A DNA stretch of 64,000 nucleotides from a virus. Both the position numbers and the translations under genes were made by a program. Under the pieces are notes generated by a model. It had not been told where the DNA came from and searched no databases. It was given only the letters and a program-made list of their open reading frames with translations. The stretch lies in UHGV virus genome UHGV-1366171; one strand, given 5' to 3'. Positions 56,333 to 64,000 of this stretch are shown in pieces. Numbering within the stretch: position 1 is the stretch's first letter; each line of letters opens with the position of its first letter.

Positions 56333-59076
56333 ATATCATACTTAATTTATCAAGTGATTTCAAAAAAGAATTAAATAAAGATAATCGGAACTATTTGGAA
56401 TATGTTGATATTACGCTAAAAGACAAAACGGAAATAAAATTAACAAATAAGGAGCTCTGGGGAAATTCTCTTGCTATCAAAGATGCAGTATCATCGGAGA
56501 ACTCTTTTGATATAGGTGCAGCAATTATTAATCAGTGTTCTTTTATAATTAATAATATATATGATAATTATTCAATTTATGATTTTTCAGAGGCTAATGT
56601 TGTAGTTTATGTTGGCATGGAACTTTCAAATGGAACAATAGAGAAAATAAGAAAAGGCACATTTATTGTTGATGAAGCAAAATATAATGGAAGTTTAATA
56701 TCAATTACCTGCTTGGATTATCTATCAAAATTTGATAAAGATTATTCGATTAGTACATTGAAATATCCAGCTACATTACTAGAAATTTATTTAGATGCTT
56801 GCAAAAATTGTGGAATTACATACATAACAGCAAGATTTGATAATGATGATTACGTAGTAAAAGAAAGACCTGATGATTCGGCTCTTACATTTCGCCAAGT
56901 TCTTCAATGGATTTGCCAAATATCCTGCAAATGGGCTAGAATGGATGTTTACGGAAGATTAGCTTTAAAATGGTATGAGCAGGCCACCTTTGAGCAGACC
57001 GGAAATTTAAATGGCGGAACATTCAAAGATCAGCCAGGCGGGAAATTCGAAAATCTTCTTAGCAATTCTGGGACATCTATATATGCGCCAGCTTCAAAAG
57101 GAGTTATTCGAGACTTTATATCTAAAACATTAAAAGCCAATACTACATATACACTTGTGTCCAGTGCGAAAGTGCCGAATGAAAATGCATTTATTCGGGT
57201 ATATGACAAAACCAGCAGTAATATTTTGTGTAATTTTTCAAACGGGCAAAATGGGGTAGAGAAAGTTGTGTTCACAACCCCTCAAAGTGTTTCTGGAAAT
57301 TCTGTAAAATTTGTTGTCTTCGGAAATAGTGGAAGCGGAACAGTAAGTCGATGGGCTTGCTTATACGAGGGAAACGTAGATGCTCCTTTGTACTGGACTC
57401 CTGCGCAGGGAGAGGAACAATATGAAATGGCTGATTGCGCAGATGGCGGAACCTTTGATTTCGATACAGGAGATGTCGTTGATGCCGGGACTTTTGAAGA
57501 TCAGGAAAGTATTCATCACCTGCATTCCTTTTTTTCTGCCACAGTATTTACGGATGATGTAGTGATAACAGGAATACATGTGAAAGAATTTGCCAAAGAT
57601 TCAAAAAAAGCCGGGACTTATGAGTCAGGAGAAGAAGGATATTTGCTTGAGATTTCCAACAATAAATTTATTTTACCTGGAAACGGTCAAGATGTGGCAG
57701 ATTATCTTGGTGAAAAACTGATTGGTCTTAGATTTCGTCCTTTTTCTATTTCCGCATTATCAAACCCTTCTATTGAGGCAGGAGATTGTGCTTATATCAC
57801 TGACCGAAAAAATAACACATACCAGACATTCATTACTAGCTCTACTTTTCAGGTTGGAAATCAACAGAAGTTAAGCTGTGGGGCTGAAACACCGTCCAGA
57901 AACAGTGCATCAAGGTATAGTCAGATCACACAGGCCTATGTCGATAACCGAAATCAGACAGAACAGCAGCTAACAGAGTATGAAAAAATCGTAAATCAGA
58001 TAACCGACGTTATAGCCAATAGTCTGGGTATGTTTAGGACGGTAAAAAGGACAGAAAATGGCGGTGTAATTGTTTACCAGCACAATAAACCGAAACTAGA
58101 AGATTCGGACACGATATGGAAGAAAACGGAACTTGGTTTCGAAGTTTCTACAGATGGTGGAAAGACATGGAATGCAGGTATAGATTCATCAGGAAACGCA
58201 TTTCTTAATGTGCTGGCTGTTATAGGGTTTTATTTCGATTGGGCGAAAGGTGGAACTCTGACACTCGGTGGAAGTTCTAATAAAAATGGGATATTAAGAG
58301 TTCTTAATAGTTCGGGAGGGTTAGTCGGAAAGATAGATCAATCCGGTTCAGAACTCAATGGAAAATTCACGAGCAAGTCTGCAAATGTTTGGGGAGTGGA
58401 ATATATTTCTCTTACAGATGCAATTATTTCTGGCGGTTTAGGTGATACACAATGGACAATTTTAGATTTGGTTGCTCAGTATGAAGATAGACGTCGCCAT
58501 GCTGCATTTTCCTGCGAAAATGGAACGATTCATTTAAAAGGAAATAAAATTTTAATAGAAGGAGACGCAGCAGTAATTGGCTCAAAAAGCCGCATTGTCG
58601 AAACTGATAATTACGAAACAGTTGCTCAATATTGCTATGAGACACCAACCCCAATGTTTGGAGATATAGGAGGCGGCCAGATAAATTCAGATGGGATTGC
58701 AATTATTGACATAGACCCTATATTTGCGAATACGGTCTGTGCAGTGGCTAATTATCATGTTTTTCTCCAGAAGGAAGGGGAAGGAGATATATGGGTTTCT
58801 AAAAAAGAAGGAGATTATTTCATTGTTAAAGGAACACCAAATTTAGAGTTTTCCTGGGAAATAAAAGCAATCCAGCGTAATTTTGAGAGCTATAGATTAA
58901 ATAATGTTGAATTATATTATTTGTACCAAAATGCATATTTAGACTATGACGATGAAATTGATGAAAATATCAATGAATTAGTAGAGGAATCAGACGCAGA
59001 GATTCATGGGATGTTAGATGAAGTTATTTATAAATATGATTTGGAAATGGAGGAATTGATAAATGAAAGCAATTAA
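56329..59076 (+). CDS. large tail protein (distal tail/Tal-like, putative host-recognition)
   Basis: 915 aa, ATGA-coupled; follows tail module. Confidence 0.4.
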   Translation: MNIILNLSSDFKKELNKDNRNYLEYVDITLKDKTEIKLTNKELWGNSLAIKDAVSSENSFDIGAAIINQCSFIINNIYDNYSIYDFSEANVVVYVGMELSNGTIEKIRKGTFIVDEAKYNGSLISITCLDYLSKFDKDYSISTLKYPATLLEIYLDACKNCGITYITARFDNDDYVVKERPDDSALTFRQVLQWICQISCKWARMDVYGRLALKWYEQATFEQTGNLNGGTFKDQPGGKFENLLSNSGTSIYAPASKGVIRDFISKTLKANTTYTLVSSAKVPNENAFIRVYDKTSSNILCNFSNGQNGVEKVVFTTPQSVSGNSVKFVVFGNSGSGTVSRWACLYEGNVDAPLYWTPAQGEEQYEMADCADGGTFDFDTGDVVDAGTFEDQESIHHLHSFFSATVFTDDVVITGIHVKEFAKDSKKAGTYESGEEGYLLEISNNKFILPGNGQDVADYLGEKLIGLRFRPFSISALSNPSIEAGDCAYITDRKNNTYQTFITSSTFQVGNQQKLSCGAETPSRNSASRYSQITQAYVDNRNQTEQQLTEYEKIVNQITDVIANSLGMFRTVKRTENGGVIVYQHNKPKLEDSDTIWKKTELGFEVSTDGGKTWNAGIDSSGNAFLNVLAVIGFYFDWAKGGTLTLGGSSNKNGILRVLNSSGGLVGKIDQSGSELNGKFTSKSANVWGVEYISLTDAIISGGLGDTQWTILDLVAQYEDRRRHAAFSCENGTIHLKGNKILIEGDAAVIGSKSRIVETDNYETVAQYCYETPTPMFGDIGGGQINSDGIAIIDIDPIFANTVCAVANYHVFLQKEGEGDIWVSKKEGDYFIVKGTPNLEFSWEIKAIQRNFESYRLNNVELYYLYQNAYLDYDDEIDENINELVEESDAEIHGMLDEVIYKYDLEMEELINESN

Positions 59077-59263
59077 AATCATCAGTATTATTAATCAAGG
59101 AGGCGAATATGCAGTGACAGCTACTTACAATGAAGTAAATGAAAATGGAGATATTGTCAAAAAAAATGAAAAAGCGCCGACATTTTATGCAGTTGGCGAT
59201 ATTTACGATAAAGTAAAATCAATCGAAAATATTGTGACAGAAAGGCTTTCAGGTGATGCATAA
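59063..59263 (+). CDS. hypothetical small protein
   Basis: ORF. Confidence 0.3.
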   Translation: MKAIKIISIINQGGEYAVTATYNEVNENGDIVKKNEKAPTFYAVGDIYDKVKSIENIVTERLSGDA

Positions 59264-60303
59264 TGGCAATACAAAGTAGAAGAGGAGCATATGCTGATTT
59301 CGACCCCAATAAGATGCTTCCTGGGGAATGGGCGGTAGTAACATCTGGCGATCCGAATGACCCTGATGGAAGAGCAATTTACTTGTGTTATATTGCCGGG
59401 ATTGTTGAACGGATGGCTACATATGAAGATATGAAGAAAAATGTTCAAAGTGCTGCAAAAGGAGAACGCGGAAGCAGATGGGATTATGGAACCAAAATTA
59501 CAGGAACATCAACGTCGGAACAGATATTCAGCAATTCAGGGATTAATGATGCAAATAAAGGAGATTACTATTTAAATATATCAACGGGCTATGTCTATTA
59601 TTGCACGGTGGGCGGATTAGCGTCTGTAGCTAAATGGAAATACATTGGTTCCATTAAAGGACCAACTGGACCGAAAGGCTCCATAGGAAACACAGGTGCA
59701 ACAGGAGCAACTGGTCCACAAGGCCCCGCAGCTACCATTCAGATCGGAACAGTGACCACCGGTAAGCCAGGGACACAAGCAAGCGTGACAAATACCGGGA
59801 CAGAAAATGCGGCAGTTTTGAATTTTGCCATACCAAGAGGTGATACGGGCGCAGTTGAAAACCTGTCTCAGCAGCAGGTGGATTTTTCTGAAGCATCACA
59901 GAGGCAGAACATTCAGTCAGAGGAAACTCTGGCTATTTTATTTGGAAAAATCAAAAAATATTTTTCGGATGTAGAGTCAGAAGTGTTTGAAAAGCTAAAA
60001 CAGGATGCAGAAAGCGAGTCGGCTCAAAGCGGAGCGTTTCTTTTGGGAAACCTAAAAATCCAATGGGGACGTATCGACAATCTGGATGTGCCTGCTTCGG
60101 GTTCTATCCAGACAGATGCGATCACGTTTCCACATGCCTATGGGGCGCCTCCGTTCCTGACTTGTATCCCCTTGGGAAACTATTATCTGGCGGCAAACCC
60201 CACGAATAACGTAAACTTGTCACAGGCATCCTTCCGGGTGCGGGCAGCAGACGGCGCAGCACATAATGATAGGAGTATCCTGTGGTTGGCGATAGGGTAT
60301 TAA
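59263..60303 (+). CDS. tail fibre protein with collagen-like G-X-T repeats
   Basis: GPTGPKGSIGNTGATGATGPQGPA. Confidence 0.55.
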   Translation: MAIQSRRGAYADFDPNKMLPGEWAVVTSGDPNDPDGRAIYLCYIAGIVERMATYEDMKKNVQSAAKGERGSRWDYGTKITGTSTSEQIFSNSGINDANKGDYYLNISTGYVYYCTVGGLASVAKWKYIGSIKGPTGPKGSIGNTGATGATGPQGPAATIQIGTVTTGKPGTQASVTNTGTENAAVLNFAIPRGDTGAVENLSQQQVDFSEASQRQNIQSEETLAILFGKIKKYFSDVESEVFEKLKQDAESESAQSGAFLLGNLKIQWGRIDNLDVPASGSIQTDAITFPHAYGAPPFLTCIPLGNYYLAANPTNNVNLSQASFRVRAADGAAHNDRSILWLAIGY

Positions 60304-60345
60304 AAAGACTGACGTAGTTTTATTTTTTTTGAAAGGAGTGGTTAG

Positions 60346-60966
60346 ATGCCAACCTTACGATTTGTTTTAAAGGGCCAATATATCACCCGGATAGATAGCC
60401 TGGCCCCAGTAGCAAAATCTCGGAATTATTTTTATGCACATTTCGATTTTCAGACACCGGAATGGACGGGTATTAAAACAGCGTTATTTACCCAAGGCAA
60501 GCAGACCAAAGCGGCAGTCTTGGACGACAACAACGAATGTTTAATTCCGTGGGAATTCTGGGACACAGACCGAGAATGTGTGGGAAGCGTATCTGTATTT
60601 TGTGAGGACTTGCGGACAGCAAACGAAGCGTTTGTCAGGATTTTAAAATCCGGCTACACCAAAAGCAGCACTTCCAACCCGCCGTCGCCGGATGTCTATG
60701 AACAATTAATTGGTATCGTAGAAGATACTAAGGAAATAGCGCAGGGTGTTCGGGACGATGCAGATGCAGGAAAGTTTACGGGACCACCAGGTCCGCAGGG
60801 GGAACAGGGGATTCCCGGCATTGTAATCCCAGCAAACGGAATGTTTGCCTTTCGAATTTTAGGGAATAATTTACACTTGATTTATAATTCCGCAGATAAG
60901 CCCCCAGCGGCATATATCAACGAACAAGGGCATTTAATTTTTGGAACGAAGGGAGACAGCACATGA
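60346..60966 (+). CDS. tail fibre-associated protein with short collagen-like segment
   Basis: GPPGPQGEQGIPG. Confidence 0.45.
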   Translation: MPTLRFVLKGQYITRIDSLAPVAKSRNYFYAHFDFQTPEWTGIKTALFTQGKQTKAAVLDDNNECLIPWEFWDTDRECVGSVSVFCEDLRTANEAFVRILKSGYTKSSTSNPPSPDVYEQLIGIVEDTKEIAQGVRDDADAGKFTGPPGPQGEQGIPGIVIPANGMFAFRILGNNLHLIYNSADKPPAAYINEQGHLIFGTKGDST

Positions 60967-63900
60967 CAGAGCAGGAAATGAAGGATTTACTACAGGCGGG
61001 CGGAATCGAGCTTGCCGACCTGGGGCGTGTGGTTGGGCTGAACGCCTACGAGCTGGCAGTACAGCAGGGCTTTGAAGGGACGCTGGAAGAGTGGTTGGAA
61101 TCCCTGAAATATGTGTCAAGCGAGGAATACAAGGAGCTTGTGGTACAGGTGGAAGCGGCGGCGGAAACCATAAAGGAAGCTTTGAAAAGCGCGGACGTTA
61201 AGGTACAGGAGCTTACAGATTTAATCACAAGCGGGTTAAAGAATATAAATGCCGCTGAGGCGGAAGCTTTGGAAACGGTTTCTAAGGCACAGATCACAGC
61301 AACAACAGCGGTAACACAGGCACAAACAACGGCAGAAAAGTCCATAGGGACAGAGTTAGGCAAAGCGCTGGAAAGCATTGCCGCCAAGCTGGCAGAAGCA
61401 ACGTTGGAAGTACAAACGGCAGGAGAGAGCTGGAAGGAACAAATCAAAAGCACAGGTGCAGTGGCGCTGGATGCTATAAGTGATACGAAAGAGAATGTAA
61501 TAAAGTCGGTAACAGACGCTGGCACGGAAGTTAAGTCAGAGATAGAATCTCAGACGGAAACCGCGAAAACAGAAATTGGGACCGCGAAAACAGAGGCAGT
61601 AAATGCGGTATCAAGTGCGGAGACTGGTGCAAAAGAAAGTATTGCAACTGCAAAAACAGAAGCTGTGCAGTCCGTGAACAGTGCAAAAGACAGTGCATTA
61701 AAAGAGATAGCGGAAGACACAAATATACAGCAGATACAGAAAAACACCGAAGACATAAGGAATAAACTAGACAAGAACCAGGGACAGGAAAATGCAGGGA
61801 AAGCTCTTGTTGTTGGGGAAGACGGAACAGTAAAGCCGGGGGAAATCCCAATCAAAGTAGATGATACTCTAAGCCAGACGGGGCAAGCTGCGGATGCGGA
61901 GAAGGTTGGAGCAAGACTGCATGAAATTGATGCTGTAAAATTACGAGGGCCAGTTGAGACAGTCAGCGGGGAAATTTTGCAGATTGAAAATCCATCAGAA
62001 CAGCCGCCAGTAGGGATGAGAGTATATGGTAAGGCCGAACAGAATACAACGACAGGGGCACAGTTACTCAATGCACCAGATAAAACTAATAAAATATTTG
62101 GAGTAACCATGAGTGTTTCTGGGGGGATAGCATCTTTTAGTGGTACGTTGTCATCAAACAATGCAACATTCTGGTTTATTGGAAGTTATAATGGAACGGA
62201 TGTAGTGATGACTTTGCCGGCCGGCAAATACTATATACAGAACTGTTCCATACAAACGCTGGGAAACAGTGCATTAAAAACAGGTGCGATAACCAGTGAG
62301 ACAGAAATACAGATAACAGGTGTTGCGTATACTTACACGGAATCTTCACCAAAAACGATATATCCTATGATTAATGCTGGCTCTTCACCTCTTCCCTGGG
62401 AACCCTATACCGGTGGCCAGCCCAGTCCTAACCCTGATTATCCACAGGAGATTGAGATTCCTGGGAATGATGGAGAAATTAAAGTGGAACTGAAAGCGGC
62501 GAATCTGATGCAGATCACTGAGGCCGTAGAAAAAACGCAATATGGTGTGACGTTCAAGCAAAACGCGGACGGTTCTGTTACAATTAATGGACAAAATACA
62601 GGAGAAGCCAGATCTGTTTATAATCTAATTACGAATGATGCTTTATTGGCAAAACAGTTTGTCAAAATCGGAACATTATGTTTGAGTGGGAACAAGGCGG
62701 GAACAAACGTAACATTACAATGTTGGAATTATGACGGAAATAACAGTGCGGCGAAAGATAATGGGGAAGGAGTTTCTTTTGTTTTTACTAATGTTACAGC
62801 TCCTTATAATATTGCACTTGTTGTTCCGACAAATGAAATAGTAGATAATGTGACTATAAATCCGATGCTTAATGCAGGCACCACGGCCCTCCCTTGGGCG
62901 CCTTATAAGGACCAATCCCTCACCCTCTCCACTCCAAATGGTTTACCTGGAATCCCGGTAAAATCCGGCGGTAATTATACGGATGAGGATGGACAACAGT
63001 GGGTGTGCGATGAGATTGATTTTGTGAGAGGGAAATATATTCAGAGAATAGGAAAGACAAATTTTGTTGAGACGAGTTGGATTAGAAATAATTCCGGCCA
63101 ATATTATACAAACAAAGATTCTGATAAGTATAAAATAGATAGCTTAGTGATATGCTCGCATATGTTGGGAAAAGACACGGGAGCATCAAAAAATACGATG
63201 TTTGTAAATAACAACGGGAACATCAGGCTAAACTATAAAAACACGACAGATACCATTGAATATATTGCGGATATCATGAACGACGCAGTCATGTATGGAA
63301 TTCTTGCCGAACCTATAGAAACCGATCTTTCCCCAGAAGAAATCGCAGCTTACCGGGCATTAAAATTGAATAATCCTGTAACAAACGTCTTTACAGCGGA
63401 ATCTCTCATGCCTGGAATAGAGGTTGATTATGTCCCTGAGACAGAACAATACATAGAAAAGTCCATCAATGAAAATACCCAGAAAGCCCCGGCGATTGTG
63501 GAGAAGGCAAGTGGAGAAATGCTGAATGTTACGGATAGCTCTGATCTGGGACTAAAAGGGCTGAAGGTGTTTGGAAAGGGTGAACAAGCGAAGACAACTG
63601 GGGCGCAGTTATTTCAACCAAAAAAAGAAAACTTAACAACTAATGATGGTTTGACGGGTGTGATAAATTCTGATGGAAGTGTCACTGTGACAGGGACACC
63701 TACCAAACGATATGCACAAGCCTATTTTGAAAATGTTTCAAGTTTCCCAGAAGGCAAATATTTCATATCAGGAGGAAGCCATGAAGTCAGTACATTAACC
63801 TTTCAGGTGGATATAACACGGCAGGATGATACTATAGAATATTTAAGAAACACTGCAATGGAATTTAAAGCGGATGATAAATCAAGAAGAGTTATGATTA

Positions 63901-64000
63901 AATATGATTCACCAGATTTACAGAAAACAAATTATACCATATATCCGATGCTTAACGTGGGCGAAACACAAGCTCCGTATGAACCTTACACCGGCAATCA
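60963..64000 (+). CDS. large tail fibre/receptor-binding protein (3'-partial, continues past window)
   Basis: open frame from ATG 60963 (ATGA coupling) to window end; internal repeats ending YPM(I/L)N(A/V)G..P(W/Y)EPY. Confidence 0.55.
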   Translation, partial: MTEQEMKDLLQAGGIELADLGRVVGLNAYELAVQQGFEGTLEEWLESLKYVSSEEYKELVVQVEAAAETIKEALKSADVKVQELTDLITSGLKNINAAEAEALETVSKAQITATTAVTQAQTTAEKSIGTELGKALESIAAKLAEATLEVQTAGESWKEQIKSTGAVALDAISDTKENVIKSVTDAGTEVKSEIESQTETAKTEIGTAKTEAVNAVSSAETGAKESIATAKTEAVQSVNSAKDSALKEIAEDTNIQQIQKNTEDIRNKLDKNQGQENAGKALVVGEDGTVKPGEIPIKVDDTLSQTGQAADAEKVGARLHEIDAVKLRGPVETVSGEILQIENPSEQPPVGMRVYGKAEQNTTTGAQLLNAPDKTNKIFGVTMSVSGGIASFSGTLSSNNATFWFIGSYNGTDVVMTLPAGKYYIQNCSIQTLGNSALKTGAITSETEIQITGVAYTYTESSPKTIYPMINAGSSPLPWEPYTGGQPSPNPDYPQEIEIPGNDGEIKVELKAANLMQITEAVEKTQYGVTFKQNADGSVTINGQNTGEARSVYNLITNDALLAKQFVKIGTLCLSGNKAGTNVTLQCWNYDGNNSAAKDNGEGVSFVFTNVTAPYNIALVVPTNEIVDNVTINPMLNAGTTALPWAPYKDQSLTLSTPNGLPGIPVKSGGNYTDEDGQQWVCDEIDFVRGKYIQRIGKTNFVETSWIRNNSGQYYTNKDSDKYKIDSLVICSHMLGKDTGASKNTMFVNNNGNIRLNYKNTTDTIEYIADIMNDAVMYGILAEPIETDLSPEEIAAYRALKLNNPVTNVFTAESLMPGIEVDYVPETEQYIEKSINENTQKAPAIVEKASGEMLNVTDSSDLGLKGLKVFGKGEQAKTTGAQLFQPKKENLTTNDGLTGVINSDGSVTVTGTPTKRYAQAYFENVSSFPEGKYFISGGSHEVSTLTFQVDITRQDDTIEYLRNTAMEFKADDKSRRVMIKYDSPDLQKTNYTIYPMLNVGETQAPYEPYTGN

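Noticed and set aside
61046-62161. 159- and 203-aa minus-strand ORFs
   Set aside because: Antisense to the large tail-fibre gene, which is open from 60963 to the window end and missing from the ORF track only because it has no stop inside the window
1-64000. CRISPR array or cas genes
   Set aside because: No regularly spaced direct repeats of 24-48 bp with unique spacers seen; the repeats found are short operator-like motifs or paralogous cassettes

Overview
This window is prophage DNA from a low-GC Firmicutes (Clostridia-like) genome, almost entirely transcribed on the + strand. I read it as follows, left to right.

- **Tail of one prophage (1–4.3 kb).** It holds a replisome-organizer C-terminal domain, a DnaC-like helicase loader, a MazG-like gene and a tyrosine integrase. 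The integrase abuts a tRNA 3'-end fragment and a cluster of GGTAATCA repeats, which I take to be an att site.
- **Junk/accessory stretch (4.3–7.2 kb).** A second, different tRNA 3' fragment sits at 6.38 kb.
- **A second, larger phage-like region (7.2 kb to beyond the window).**
  - A small regulatory module with a DUF4160/DUF2442 pair and RHH proteins, under reiterated promoter-operator cassettes.
  - A terminase-small-subunit-like gene at 9.57 kb.
  - A roughly 12-kb inserted cargo segment (10.2–22.4 kb), described below.
  - Terminase large subunit, portal, scaffold and major capsid (22.4–29.3 kb).
  - A moron block of low-complexity (Q/Y-, Met-, G/W-, G/Y/R-rich) proteins, an XhlA-like protein, a Bro-N antirepressor and an HExxH peptidase.
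  - Tail genes, including a tape measure gene interrupted by an intron-like 1.14-kb element carrying a GIY-YIG homing endonuclease.
  - A second moron island (46.5–55.9 kb) with RelBE and HicAB toxin–antitoxin pairs, antirepressors, a Zn-ribbon/LRR membrane protein and a Fic protein.
  - Distal tail and collagen-like tail-fibre genes that run off the window end.
- **The inserted cargo (10.2–22.4 kb).** It is bracketed by two paralogous cassettes, each a divergent RHH regulator plus an operator-flanked promoter. One drives a small serine recombinase, the other a TnpB. Inside are a tRNA-Asn, a Ro60/Rsr-like vWA protein preceded by two circularly permuted tRNA-like modules (Y-RNA/YrlA-like), about 17 tiny mostly Zn-ribbon ORFs, and a 2-kb tRNA array that mixes canonical tRNAs with three tRNA-like RNAs whose anticodon regions are aberrant or expanded.

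The most interesting item is the Rsr-like protein with its permuted tRNA-mimic RNAs, carried on a TnpB/serine-recombinase-bounded cargo wedged between the two terminase subunits. I found no CRISPR array and no rRNA.
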